A DNA stretch of 64,000 nt from Octopus sinensis (taxonomy: Eukaryota), in assembly GCF_006345805.1 (NCBI RefSeq), contig NC_043001.1, positions 77,438,001 to 77,502,000 of the forward strand, in the 5' to 3' direction. The position numbers and the translations under genes were made by a program. The notes under the pieces are model-generated. The model worked only from the letters and a program-made list of their open reading frames with translations. It was not told where the DNA came from and ran no database searches. Positions 1 through 13,607 of this stretch are shown here, in pieces (position 1 is the stretch's first letter; the number at the start of each line of letters is the position of its first letter).

Positions 1-640
1 TTCAAACGGGAAGGAAGAGCTATTTTTATCCTACTATGGCGAAAGAATGTATCTGGTGGACGCGCCTGAAAGGATTAGAGACAAACACTTTCCTCTCTGG
101 TAAATCTCTCAACTTCTTCAAGTATCACTTGAAGAGGAAAGTGAGAGTGGAGAGGCAGGTTTTGTCTAGTGAATGTTTTTAAAAAAGATGGGTGAATGTA
201 GCAAGGATGGCACGTATGAATGACGAAGCCACCTTGACTATGATTCTATGAACCGTAAAAATTAATACAGAGAGTTGCTTATTTGCAAAAAAAAAAAAAT
301 TAAATATAACATGTGACTTCATTGACCGAGGTTACCGTGGTCTTTTCCGTAGGCTTTTCTTTCCACGGGTAAACCTCACCTGTCCTCCCCTTTACACTTC
401 ATATTGACATTTCTGTGATAACGATCCCTATTGATCAATTTTTTTCCTTTTCCTTCCCCCCCTTTTTTCTTTTTACTTTTATTAAAAAAATTTTATTCCC
501 CCCTTTTTTGTCCTCTTTCTTTCCCTTTACGATCCCTTTTGATCGAAAACCAAACCCCCTTTTTTTTACCCCCAAAAGAAAAGCTCTACCTTGTAATTTG
601 TCCTGTCTGTGTGCAGCCCTGTGTGGCTAATAAAGAAACA
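1..640 (+). mobile_element. 3' end of a Tx1/L1-clade non-LTR retrotransposon (ORF2 C-terminus plus 3' UTR), decayed
   Basis: Frame 3 (3-251) reads ...MAKECIWWTRLKGLETNTFLSGKSLNFFKYHLKRKVRVERQVLSSECF*KRWVNVARMARMNDEATLTMIL*. The AK-x2-IW-x2-R and F-x2-RW pattern is typical of Tx1/L1 ORF2 ends. There is an in-frame TAA at 180-182, a pyrimidine-rich UTR, AATAAA at 629-634, then TATC/TCTG repeats. Confidence 0.7.
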
Positions 641-1320
<680 letters not shown>

Positions 1321-1378
1321 TATATCGATATATCCACATATATATTATAGTACATATATGAGTAAAATAATTTTTATG

Positions 1379-1452
1379 TACTACTACTACTACTACTACT
1401 ACCACTACTACTACCACCACTACCACCACCACCACCACCACCACCACCACCA
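1379..1452. repeat. (CTA)n(CCA)n trinucleotide tract
   Basis: Read directly. Confidence 0.95.
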
Positions 1453-2252
1453 TCTTTAGAATAAAGAATAAAAGAGGAATAGCTAGAAGAAAATGAGCAC
1501 ATATGACCTTCGCGTCTCTTTTGGCACATTTTCGGGGCCTATTAGAAGCCCCTCATCATCGCACTTCCCGGTTGAATTCCCAAGCGTGACCAAATGAAAC
1601 TATGAATATTTCCTCGTTATCTCATTCTTGTTCTACCCCTAAGTCTCCTGTCGGTTAGCTCGAAACTTGGTATTTCAGGACAAAAAGAGGGACAAAAGGG
1701 AATATAGCAGTCTGAACAAGCGCAGTGGACAAATTGGGACGAGTCATTATAAAGATTACTTACATGGAACGATGTGTGGAAGATGGCAAGTTTCGAGCTA
1801 ATTCTACAAGTCAGTAGTATCGGAATTGCGATCTCTCAAAGCGTAGATGTAACGGCTAGTCGACCTGGATAAGCTTTGTGGACCCCCGAGCTATGCATCC
1901 AGTCGAAAAAAATTACGTACTTTTTTATCGTTTGGTTAGGCTACTCAATGCCTTGTGAATGAACTTGATCGGAGACGAAATCGTAACCACAGTACTTGAC
2001 AACTTAAAAGAGATGTTGCGTCAAAATCCTTTAATCCTTAAAGTATGTGTTGCGTTATACAACCTCATTATAATGTAACGAAGAGTTAGCTTTATTATAC
2101 GAAATGAAAACACCAATCGTCAAAATTGACATAGCATCGATTATACGCTTGGAAATACATGGTAGCTTGCGTTAATGTCTTTTATTTTTAGCTTACTGGC
2201 TAGAAGATACACAAATATGATCTTCGTGTGTCTGTCGGCATTTTTATATACA

Positions 2253-2255
<3 letters not shown>

Positions 2256-2305
<50 letters not shown>

Positions 2306-2456
2306 TGGTCATGCAAACAAGAAAACAGAGCTCAAAACATGAGTGTATGTGTATATTTATTATCAACAACTGGCAGGAATTACAGAGTGACTCAAGGTTT
2401 GAGAGTTTCGTGTATGGACACACAAACGCACACGCATATATGTATGTATATAGAAA

Positions 2457-2526
<70 letters not shown>

Positions 2527-2538
2527 GCATATATATAG

Positions 2539-2579
<41 letters not shown>
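2256..2579. repeat. (TG)n and compound (TA)n(TG)n(GATA)n(GA)n microsatellites
   Basis: Read directly: 2256-2303 and 2457-2579. Confidence 0.95.
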
Positions 2580-3189
2580 AATATGTTTATATATATTTAT
2601 ATATATATGTAATCGATAATATATGCATAATCGATAATATATTTCCGCGAATTTCCATATAATACCTAAAGCAAAAATTATTATTTCGAGATAGCGCAAT
2701 GTTGCCAGGAATTTTTGCCAAAACCTTTATGTCTAAAATCGTTTCTTGTGAAGTTTTGTAAAAAGCCCTGTCAAAGCCGAGGAAGAAGAAGTTCATGAAA
2801 AGACGGAAGTTAATACAATTTCTGAAAGGAATTTATATTGAATACAAAAGGTCGTATGTTTAAAAAAAATGCCATTTTCCAGTAAATTTCTTCAGTTTGC
2901 TACACAGTTCACAGTTAGCAGGTTTTCCTGTTGATTCTTGGATATAATTTGGCTCCAAGGATTGCTTTAACAATTTAAAAATTTCAGCATCTGCGAAGAA
3001 TAAAATGACGATATTCAAACACTTGTTTAGGAAAATGTGAACCTAAATTCTCTTCCATTTGGTTATTTGGTGAGGATTCTAGAAAAATCCATATTTTCAT
3101 AAAAGATGTTAGCAACTATATCTTCATCTAAAAATCATGTATATTCAGATTCAACTCTTCCCTTTGTTCCTTTTTGTCTTTATCTTTTT

Positions 3190-3580
3190 TCGTTTGTTTC
3201 GGTCATTTGACTGTGGCCATGCTGGGGCACTACCTCAAGGAATTTTGGTTGAATTAATCGACACCAGAACTTATTTTCCTTTTTAAGCCTAGTACTTATT
3301 CTATCTGTCTCTTTTGCTGAACTCTTAGGTTACGGGACGTAAACACATCAGCACCGGTTATCAAGCGGTGGTGGAGACAAACACAGACAACAGAAAAGCA
3401 CACAAACGCACGCGCGCGCACACACACACACTAACACACACACACACATGTGACGGACGTCTTTCAGTTTTCGTCTACAATAACCGCTCATGAGGCTTTG
3501 AGCGGCTTCATGCCGCAGACACTTACCCAAGGTGTCACATAGTGGGGCTGAAACCGGAACTATGTGGGTGAGAAGCATGT
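3190..3580 (-). mobile_element. tRNA-derived SINE, family A, diverged
   Basis: Reverse complement aligns to the full copy at 62966-63354, including the internal microsatellite and the GCGGTGCTCCAGCATGGCCGCA..AATGACTGAAAC-type tail. Confidence 0.8.
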
Positions 3581-3583
3581 TTA

Positions 3584-3962
3584 GTGCAATGGCCCAGTGG
3601 TTAGGGTAGCGGACTCACGGTCGTAGGATCGCGGTTTCGATTCCCAGACCGGGCGTTGTGAGTGTTTATTGAGCGAAAACACCTAAAGTTCCACGAGGCT
3701 CCGGCAGGGATTGTGGTGATCCCTGCTGTACTCTTTCACCACATCTTAACTTTCTCTCACTCTTACTTCCTATTTCTGTTGTACCTGTATTTCAAAGGGC
3801 CGGCCTTGTCACTCTCTGTGTCACGCTGAATATCCCCGAGAACTACGTTAAGGGTACACGTGTCTGTGGAGTGCTCAGCCACTTACACGTTAATTTCACG
3901 AGCAGGCTGTTCCGTTGATCGGATCAACCAGAACCCTCGTCGTCGTAACCGACGGAGTGCTT

Positions 3963-3965
<3 letters not shown>
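3584..3965 (+). mobile_element. tRNA-derived SINE, family B (young)
   Basis: A box-like TGGCCCAGTGG and B box-like GGTTTCGATTCC. Near-identical to 40541-40932 and 55416-55802. Tail ...CGTAACCGACGGAGTGCTTCCA is followed by (TA)n. Confidence 0.9.
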
Positions 3966-4049
<84 letters not shown>

Positions 4050-5304
4050 GTGTGTGTGTGTGTGCAATGTAACCATGCAAGCCGATGCAACTTACGAAAA
4101 CCAGGTCGTGACAATAAAGCCGATAAATTCAGCAAGTTTTTCTTGGTAGATAAAACGAAGCGGAATGCATATAAAGATCTGACGAAGAAGCGTGGAACTA
4201 TGATGAACCGACGGTCATACAGTAATATACTTATGTGCATGTGCATATATATGTGTATGCGAATTCATTTGGTAGAAGTATAAGCTGCCAAAAATACTGC
4301 AATGTTTGTTAAAATTGTATTACGCTATTTTAAGCACTTCAGACATTTAGAAAATGGCGATTGTGTTGCAAATGTGCTTGCCACTATAGCACTGATATGC
4401 TAATAACTTTTTTTCAGTGAATGCAAAACTTCGGCACTTTTCAAATTGTAAACAGACTGTGGATATTTTATTAGGTCGCTCGCTGTATTAAGTACGATTA
4501 CAAAAATAAAATCACTCCGCATTCGTAGTTTTGGTGAGTAGAGGTTCAGTAGAGGGTGAGCTTGGCTATAGAGCTCGTCAGTAGAGGCTATAGAGCTCAT
4601 CAGTAGAGGGTGAGCTTGGCTATAGGCGATAACCTGCTGGTTAGCTGCAAGTAGCAGAACTGGATCTAATAGAGGCAGAAAATGCAGTTCATATATTAAG
4701 TTGTCGGATAAAGTTGCTCTTATTTATTTTTTCAGTTATTTTAAGGCTTTCCTGTGGTATTTGAATTGACACGATTTATCGTAATATTTACAATATTTTA
4801 TTTCTTGTAACTCTGTTCTCATCTGAATAAATTTTGCCTCTTCTCAGATATACGATAATGCAGCTTCGAGTTAGCTGTGGATTAGGGGAAGAATTAAGTC
4901 CTCTGCATAAGAGTTAGTGTTGTGGGAGCTAAAATAATAAGGCAAAGTGTATGTAGAATATAAATGATCCCGAAGGACATCAGACTTTAAAAGATAGTGT
5001 TCCTAAAACCAGCAAGTCCTAATAAAAGCTTTGATCAAGCACAGAGATAGTCAGTTGTACGGCTAGGTTCACACGTTTAAAAGTCTGAATATGCCATATC
5101 CTCATTGTTGGAATATTACATTGCACATTCTAACTTAAAGTGGTTGGTTGTATGTGGTACAATGTCACAGTACTGACAAGCGTACACTCGTGTTGCTAAT
5201 TTTTTTATATGTCTGTTGATTCTGGTGGTTACTGCTAGGGATTTGGACGAGGTCAACGCTGTTCGAACGCGGTATATGACCTTTTCTGCATTTCGTATTG
5301 ATAC

Positions 5305-5470
5305 TTTGCATCCCCGTCACTTAGCGGTTCGGCAAAAGAGACCGATGGAATAAGTACTGGGCTTACAAAGAATAAGTCCCGGGGTCGATTTGCTCGACTA
5401 AAGGCGGTGCTCCAGCATGGCCGCATTCAAATGACTGAAACAAGTAAAAGAGTAAAAAAAAGAGTAAGAG
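5305..5470 (+). mobile_element. SINE family A, 3' half
   Basis: CCCCGTCACTTAGCGGTTCGGCAAAAGAGACCG...AAGGCGGTGCTCCAGCATGGCCGC..GAAACAAGTAAAAGAGT, nearly identical to 63201-63340. Confidence 0.9.
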
Positions 5471-5596
5471 TATAAACAATCTTTGTGGCCAATGATATTA
5501 CTGGCTCTGGTGCTATTTTTGAGTGTGATTTTATTTTAGTTTGGTTTATAATAATAGAGTTAATGAGTATTGTCTTACTGTTAAATTCATTGTGTA

Positions 5597-6410
5597 TGAG
5601 GTGCATTCCAGAAGTTAAAAAAAATTTTTTAGTAGAGGCAGTTATAGCTGTCGTAGATTATGGTTCTTTTAGTATATCATTTCTTTACATCTGATAAGCT
5701 GACCTGTCAATGTTTGTTATTCCAGACTGAAGAGACGACTGTTACAGCACTTTGAACTAAAGACTCTTTGTCGTAGCTGATTAGTTTGTAGAATGCAGTT
5801 GGGCGGTTTGGAAGCTCATGCAATAGTCGTTTGTGTTAAACTGGGCAAAAAAAAAAAACGCTACAGAAACTTATGAAATGTTCTCAGACTACTTATGGAG
5901 TAACCTGAATCAGTCTAGCAGCGATTTTGGCTGGTTTCGGAGGTCCAAGGACAATGAGAAGTGTAGGTGGGGAGAGAGTGACACCAGAGTATCAGAGATT
6001 ATTGAGAAAATTCGCTGTTTTCTTAATGAAGACCATCGTGTACCTATAAAAGTCGATCAGTATACGGTTTGGAATTCGTGTGGCAATTAATTATACATAT
6101 AATCATTCATGAAATTCTGAACAAGCGCAAAATTCGTGCAAAGTTTGTTCTCAGGATGCTCTGTAACGGGCGTCCTGACAGCCAACTATTTGACAGAGAG
6201 GGGCATATCCAGGACCTGCTCCTTGTGACTTTTGGGTGTTTTCACTGGTGAAGGAAAATCTCAAGAGTAGTCATTTTCAAGATGAAGTAGGCTGTGAAAA
6301 AGTCCTGCACACCTTCAATTTGGAGGATTTCTTTGGTGGCTTCAGAAATCCTATTTTGAAGGAGACTAAAGTTTTGTATTTACTGAAATAAATAAATGTC
6401 TCTCCCAAGT
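5597..6410 (+). mobile_element. Internally deleted mariner (DD34D) element
   Basis: TA plus TIR (T/C)GAGGTGCATTCCAGAAGTT. Fragments NATETYEM, HIIIHEILNKRKIRAKFVLRML (HTH/linker) and PAPCDFWVFSLVKENLKSSHF (C-terminus); the catalytic middle is missing. Same family as 56069-56830. Confidence 0.8.
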
Positions 6411-6414
6411 CAGG

Positions 6415-6592
6415 AGCAGGCAGAACGCTTTGCGGCATTTTGTTCGTTTTAACGTTTTGGGTTCAAATTTCGTAGAGGTCTGCTTTGCCTTTAATCCCTT
6501 CGGGGTCGGTTTAGTACCCGTTGAACACTGGAATCGATATCATCAACTTGCCCCTTCCCGAAATTGCTGGTCTTGTGTAAAAATTTGAAACC
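6415..6592 (+). mobile_element. SINE family C, diverged
   Basis: B box GGGTTCAAATTTC, central GCCTTT(A)ATCCCTTCGGGGTCG motif, tail AAATTGCTGGTCTTGTG..AAAATTTGAAACC. Confidence 0.75.
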
Positions 6593-7419
6593 AAAATATG
6601 CCTCATCTGAAAACGTCTGAAAATCTCTGGAATGCACTTTGTATGCAGTCACAAAAAAATGAGTGTTGGAACTTAGTGTCATAGAAAATTCTGTCCCTCG
6701 CATTTGCAGTTGGACTTCACTTTAAAACGTTTATTTCGTTATGTACAAGCGTTTGTGTCTTACATGATAAGAACTACATGGTCTTTTTCGTTGTATAACT
6801 CTTTCTTAGTTATTGTGAAAAGATTGTAAGGTCAGACTAGGCCGACTTAATCTATGTTGGGTTTAATCTTCTTTGTAGTGGGTAATGGCGTATAATTTCT
6901 CCCCAACACTAAACCAGGAATTATGACGTAGCAACCATTATAATTGCATCATCTCTCCATCTAATATAAATAGTGTATTCTTCCTGGTGAGTCCGTTTCA
7001 ATTCTGGAACACAGATCTCATTTACTAGTCAATTGATTACTGACCGTCGAACAAAACATCGTAGTGCTGCAAGCCGTACTGCATATTTGAATTTTTTTGT
7101 ACTAGAGATATGGTATCTTCTTTGCCTAAGTTATGTTGGCAAAGGAAATATCATTGGAAATTCTGAAATTCAAAGAAATTCAAAAGTGAGGTATAGCAGG
7201 TCGGTTTGCTGGATGGTGGTGGTGGTGTTGACAGTGTGTGTGTGTGTGTGTGTGGGGGAGATAACGAGTCACTAAAGATATAGCTTACAGGTTTCTATAA
7301 ATAGAAGAAAAGAAGAATTAGGATTTCAGCACCCGAGAAATATGTCAATATCTGAAAATGTTTTTTGCAGCAACGCTTCTTGTAATTACTGATGTTTAAA
7401 TAATACCAAGTTTGAGACA

Positions 7420-7879
7420 GAAGATCATGCACAAATAATGAACCAAAGAAGCAACTAAAGCCTGGGAAGCAACAAAAGTCTGGGAAGCAACAACAGTCTG
7501 GGAAGCAACAAAAGTTTGGGAAGCAACCAAAGTCTGGGAAGCAAAAAAAGTCTGGAAAGCAACAAAAGTATGGCAAGCAACAAAAGTCTGAAATGACAGA
7601 AAACTGGTAGTGAAAAGTGTGACAATATTGAAGGTAGATATTTCGGAGGAAGAAGAATCTGAGTGCTTCATCTGCAAGAGATTCCGGAGAAGATACAAAA
7701 ACAGGAAGAACGCAGTTTGGTTGTTGTGTGACTTTTGTGATGATTACGTTTGTTCTAAGTGTATTCCAAAGGGAACAGATGTTAACCAAGAGTTCTTCTG
7801 CGAGAAGTGTACAACATTATCTGAACTCCGTGAGTCAAATAGATTGATTTTAATCTTCAAAATGACTATTGCACTGTAG
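7420..7879 (+). pseudogene. Frameshifted C-terminal fragment: (KSGKQQ)n repeat, acidic linker and Cys8 PHD-like finger; probably a pogo/Tigger-type transposase remnant
   Basis: 7610-7879 encodes EEEESECFIC-x17-CDFC-x4-CSKC-x12-CEKC with W-L-L-C and F-F-C-E-K-C. The upstream frame encodes the 6-aa repeat and joins by a frameshift near 7590. No DDE domain is visible upstream. Confidence 0.6.
7448..7591 (+). repeat. 18-bp minisatellite x8 (GAAGCAACAAAAGTCTGG)
   Basis: Eight consecutive units counted; translates as KQQKSG repeats. Confidence 0.95.
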
Positions 7880-7937
7880 ACACGGTTGTTGTTGATTTTA
7901 TTTTGATGAAGAGTGAATCTAACTTAGGATGTTTCTT

Positions 7938-8245
7938 ATATGTTTCTTTATTGATCGTTTTCAACATTCAACCTCAATTTGTCATATTTTTATCCAAATA
8001 TTGCTCTGCGTTTTGCCCCATTTATGGACGACCCGTTATGCCCTACCGAATATTGAAATTTCGAATTTCTTTTAATTTGATGAAAATTGGGTCTACCTTC
8101 ATATGTCACTCATATGTTTCCTTATCGATAGTTTTCAACAATCAACCTTAATTTGTTATGCCTTTATCCAAATACTGCTCCGCGTTTTCTTCCTTTTTTA
8201 TACGAGCAATTATGTCCTACGAAATACTGAAATTTCTGATTTTTT
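7938..8245. repeat. Two diverged direct repeats, period about 174 bp (possible subterminal repeats of the PHD-bearing element)
   Basis: ATATGTTTC(T/C)TTAT..GAT.GTTTTCAACA.TCAACCT.AATTTGT..TTTATCCAAATA(T/C)TGCTC(T/C)GCGTTTT at 7938 and 8112. Confidence 0.8.
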
Positions 8246-9500
8246 ACAGTAGTTACAGCAGTACATTACCTATGATTCGTCGTTGGTTTTATTTCGTATC
8301 CGAGAAGTTAGTTTCTTCTTTAGTGGACGCTTCCTTTATGGTGATGGCGTTGAGGACTCAGTAAACCAATTCTTGCATAGAAGAGTCGATGGATTTGACT
8401 GCATAGCAATGTTCCTGGAGGACAGGGTTTATTACATATGTATGAAACGAGCATTGAAACGTGCCTCTCAATCCATCAATCCATCAGAAATGCTTATCAG
8501 AATACTGATGGACTTTTGGAGATTGTAAAGTCATGTTAACTGTTACAAGATGGATTTTATTTGATATTGTTCTCAAAATTTTGAAAACATTTATCCATTA
8601 CACTCCACCCAATATAATAATAACGTTCCTTTAAGATAATTAAATGTGATGATTGTTTGTACATTGCTTTACTTTCTTTATTTGATTTCCATGAGAGTTG
8701 TGAATATTGAAGAGATGTTATTTAGAAATTCGAATATTTTTGTCTTCAATCTATGTGACGTGTTCATGTTGAGTCTGATGGATGTAATTCACGTTCTGGT
8801 ATATTTGTTGGTAAGCAGAGAGTTGGCGAATTTAGAAGGAACTGCTATAGGTCTGTTGTTTTGAAGTCGAGTTTCTAGGTGGTAATTGTTGAATATAAGC
8901 GGTTCCTCGACTACATCTGGAGAATGCTGTAAAGATGTGAAAGGTGTAATCTTCGTATTTGTATATCCGTATGCTTCAAGGAAGTGTACGAAGGTCGTAC
9001 AAGTGTAAATAAAATAGGACAAGATGATATATTCCTTTAGAACCATCTGGAGAATATGTTTAGGTAAATAGTGAAAGAAAGAACATGATTTAGGAAAATT
9101 GAGGAAGAGTCTTTGTAACATGTTTGAATGTTGATTGGTATGTTTGATGTTACTTGATATGAAATCGCGTTGGTCTAGAAAATTGTAAAAGTTTTGCTTA
9201 GTTTCCAGATAAGGAAACTTTTGTAGTGTCATTGAGGATGGTGGGTGTAGTGTTTCCTTTATATTGCAACTGTTTTAGGTGTAGCTTTGTAGCTTTTGAG
9301 TTTGAGAGTTTTTCCTCGCTACTTTTTTGATTGCAAGAAGGGCTGTAGGATTAGGTGTCGACTGCACAGTTTTCAATCTGCGATTCTATTTTTGTATGAA
9401 TTTTGTACTTGATGTTCGAAAAAGGTCTGATGTAGGAGAATACTTATTGGGTATATAATGAGATATTGCTGTTGAGACAATCCAACTATATGCTCATATA

Positions 9501-10696
9501 TTGGGTTGGCAACTAATTTGCCGCGTTTTTTTTTAATTTTGGAATTTATTGCGTTTTTAAATTCTGGAATCTATTTTTTTTTGTTCTAGTTAATTTTAGT
9601 TAATTTTTGTTTATTTTCAGATCATTAAAATGGAATGTCAAATTCAGAAAAAACGAGCATTTTCGACACCTCCTTCTTTTTGCTTTTAATCAAGGTTCCA
9701 AGGCCACAAAAGCTGCTCACGACATTTGTGCTGTGTATGGAGAGGGTGCCATAGCTGAAAGAACCGCTTGTGATTGGTAGGCCAATTTCAAAATTGGAAG
9801 TTTTAACCTCAAAGACGCACCTCGTTCTGGCTGTCCAGTTGAGTTCAATGAAGAGCGATTAAACCAACTTTTGCCCGACAATTCTCGTTAAACGACAAAG
9901 AAACTGGCAGACAAAACGGAATGCTCTCACACTGCTATAGAGAAGCATCTTCACTCGATAGGAGAGGTTCAGAAGTATACAGTATGGGTTCCGCATGCTT
10001 TAAGTGACAGCAACAAAAATCAACGAGCCAAATCTCCGCTGGTTTGCTTGCTTGTCACCACTCAACTCATGGACACAAGCAACGATTTCTTTACCGAATC
10101 GTTACTGGCGACGAAAAATGGTGCCTGTACATCAATATGAAGCAGCGTAAGGAATGGCTTAGCCCCGGTAAACAAGCGACACCGCGAGTGAAACAAGAGC
10201 TTCATCCGCGTAAAACGATGTTGATTGTATGGTGGGACTGGGGAGGAATTATCAATTACGAATTGCTTGAACGGAACCAAACGGTCAACGCGGAACCCTA
10301 TGTTCAACAGATGGAACGACTCAACACGGCAATTCAAGAGAAAAGGCCTAATCGTCAGCATGGAGTTCTTCTGCAGCACGAAAACACCCGCCCTCATATC
10401 ACCTATATGATCATGGAAACTATTCAAAGGCATGATTTCCACCTCTTTCGATCTCTTTCAAATATTATGCGCGCAATTTCGTTCATTACTGATGCAGAAT
10501 TGAGAGCTTGGTTGGATCAAGTTTTCGAGTGGAAATCGGGTGATTTCTACCAACGAGGTATTGAAAATCTTGTTGAACGTTGGGAAGAAGTTGTAAACAA
10601 GGGTGAATACGTTATTGATTAATTGGTTGTTATTTTTTATTAAACCTTTTAAAAATGTAAATTAAAAAAACGGCGGGAACTTAGTTGCCAACCCAA
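9501..10696 (+). mobile_element. Near full-length mariner (DD34D) element
   Basis: TIRs TTGGGTTGGCAACTAA / TTAGTTGCCAACCCAA, flanked by TA (9499-9500 and 10697-10698); 1196 bp. Confidence 0.95.
9630..10622 (+). pseudogene. mariner transposase pseudogene
   Basis: MECQIQK.. start, then WVPHAL, TGDEKW, and HENTRPH in place of HDNARPH. An in-frame deletion removes the PHPPYSPDLAPS segment. Stops and frameshifts occur in the 5' third. Confidence 0.9.
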
Positions 10697-11429
10697 TATT
10701 ATGGCGCGAACGACAGCAACATTAACAACTGTTGCAGTAGTTGCAGTTCTCGTTCTTGAAGGAATGTTGAAGGATGCATAGATATTTACTACTTGAATGA
10801 TAAAGCAAAGTTTTGAGCGAGTCTTTAATAGTCACAAGCGTTCTTCTTAAGTACGTTTTTCGCCGAAATCTTCATAGATAGATATTGTGTTTGCAAAAAA
10901 ACTTTTAAAATAGTTGCATAAGACAGCATTCTACTCTTCTATTCAAACTTTCAATTACATTATCTTTCTTTGTAATACTCCAATATTAAAAAAAGAAATC
11001 TATTCACTAGTTTGTCAGACGCAAAGAAGTGGGGGAAGGAGTAAACGAGAGAGAATAAAAATTACAGATTCAAATAACACAACGCTGGGCAATTGAGATT
11101 ATAATCTACCTTTGTCCATTGAGCAGAGAATTCGAATAATCATAGGGATACTAGATACAATGGTTGAACATCTGTTTAAAAGGATTTTGGCGTTACAAAA
11201 GTGAACCAGTGGAGAGAAGATGAACGAAGGTGTGCAAAATGAATGTTGAGGCGAAGTTTCGAGTGAGACTATAAAAGTACATATGAACTCTAACAAGGAC
11301 TTAGCGAAATATAGTTTCGTGGATGGATAATGGTTCATTTAAAAATGAATTGCATCATGCGGTTTTCCGCCATTTTATTCAAAATTTCAATTATATGATA
11401 TACCTATATGTAATACATATAATATACTT

Positions 11430-12416
11430 ACCTAAGAATGTATGTATGTATGTATGTATGTATGTATGTATGTATGTATGTATGTATGTATGCATATATA
11501 TCACAAAAACATACATACACATATAAATATATAGATATATGCACGCATGCTCAAATACATGCATACACACATACACACACACATATATATGAATATATAT
11601 ACATACATGTATAAATATATACGTATGTATCTATATACTAATGAGATATGTTCTTAAGTTAATGAATAATTTTATGGTAATGTATGTGTAAATATTTGTG
11701 CATGCATGTGTTTGTATATAAATGTATATGTGTGTGCGTGTATATATGTATGTGTTTGTGTATATGTACATATGTGTACGTGTATATATGTATGCGTGTG
11801 TGCGTGCGTTTGTGTGTGTTCGTGTGTTACTGTTGGTTTGTATTTAATAGCTGTGCTGATAATTGTGGATGTTTGCTTGTGCGTTCATATGTTTTTCACT
11901 ACCGCTGTTTATGTGTGTAAATTGTGTATATGTGTGTATAAGTGTGTTGAGACGCGTTGCAATGCATATATAGAGAAGTATATGGAGCTTGTTGTACATA
12001 CTGCGTACTTTTCGTGCGGTATGTTTGTGTAAATGTATGTTTGTATACATGTATGTATGTATGTTTCTGCAAATGTGTCTATGTTTGTGTGTATGAGTGT
12101 TTTTATGTGAAATCTCTGTATGTGAATGCATTTTCATATAGAAAGTGAATTTTTGTGTTGTTCGCTGCTTCCAAAAGTGAATATTTATGATTATCTATTT
12201 ATCTCTCCTTTCTATTTCAGACGATCTTACTCTCACTCTCTCCCCCTTCTCTCTCCCCACCTCTCTCTCTCCGTTTCTCAATCATCTCTGTCTGTTAATA
12301 CAGGCACATACACATGCATATACATATGTATGTAGCCTTGTTCCTGATCTGATATATACACGCACATACACACACGCATGCACACATACTTATATATAAA
12401 TATAAGCATATATAAA

Positions 12417-12455
<39 letters not shown>

Positions 12456-12490
12456 AATATATATATAGTATTTGTATTATAATATACGCA

Positions 12491-12541
<51 letters not shown>

Positions 12542-12722
12542 TATATGTGCATATATACATGTATACATGTATCTATGTGTATATATGATCACACCCACAC
12601 ACATATATTTGTATATAAATATACACCCACAACTACATCTGTATAGTCAGACACATATGGACATGTATACGGAGACATATATATACACGTCTGTATGGCA
12701 ATGTGAGTTTGTGTGTGTGCGA

Positions 12723-12754
<32 letters not shown>

Positions 12755-12850
12755 GTAAGAATACATACATGCAAGCAAAAGTCACACACACACACACGCA
12801 TACACTCACATACACACATACTCACATATATATATAAATATAATAACATC
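11430..12850. repeat. Microsatellite field: (TATG)n, (TG)n, (TA)n, (CA)n
   Basis: Read directly; source of the spurious MYV/CV/YI ORFs. Confidence 0.9.
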
Positions 12851-13025
12851 GCTATTGAAATGCTATCTGGGAGAAAATCTATTTTAGTCTGATCTCTATG
12901 TAAAATACACTTGCTTGAATTGTGTAGTAATTCTCATGAACAAAGATTTTGATTGCTGTTTGGGTTTCTCTATAGAATTTGGAGCCATTCAAGTTACCAG
13001 AGATGAGAACCATTGATAATGTGAC

Positions 13026-13026
<1 letters not shown>

Positions 13027-13078
<52 letters not shown>

Positions 13079-13165
13079 TTCTTTACGTCGTTGTTACTAT
13101 TAGTAGTATTATTGTAGCCATAGTTATAATTGTTGTTATGCTTCCATTGATGTTTTCTTTATCCT

Positions 13166-13227
<62 letters not shown>

Positions 13228-13388
13228 TAATAACGATAATAATAATAAAAATAATAACAACGATAATAATGTAAAAATAACGATAATAAAAATGATAATG
13301 ATAATAATAATGATGATGGTAATGATAAATACTATTATTATTATAAGTATTATTATTACTATTACTATTACTATTATTATTATTATTA

Positions 13389-13438
<50 letters not shown>

Positions 13439-13575
13439 TTATTATTATTATTATTAACGTTTTTGTTACTTTTCTAGTTGTAATTTATGTTGTTGCTGTT
13501 TGCTTTAGAAATAATATTATCATCATTAAAATTTATTTTTTGCTTATACGAACTCTCTCTATCTCTGTCATCCTC

Positions 13576-13607
<32 letters not shown>

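Noticed and set aside
415-600. Odd homopolymer-rich version of the Tx1 3' UTR
   Set aside because: Differences from 980-1114 look like low-quality consensus or homopolymer errors rather than biology.
3584-3660. tRNA-like sequences (here and at other SINE heads) as functional tRNA genes
   Set aside because: Acceptor and T stems do not close, and each continues into a multi-copy SINE body.
4547-4625. About 32-bp tandem repeat containing CTGATGA and CTGACGA on the minus strand
   Set aside because: No GAAA after the hairpin and no complementary stem I; treated as a small local duplication, not a hammerhead.
7448-7591. Regular short repeats as a CRISPR-like array
   Set aside because: No unique spacers, eukaryotic context, no cas genes.
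8290-9490. 147-aa minus-strand ORF (8789-9232) and surrounding A-rich-strand sequence as a LINE/RNase H remnant
   Set aside because: Composition suggests a decayed retroelement, but I could not recognise any convincing motif.
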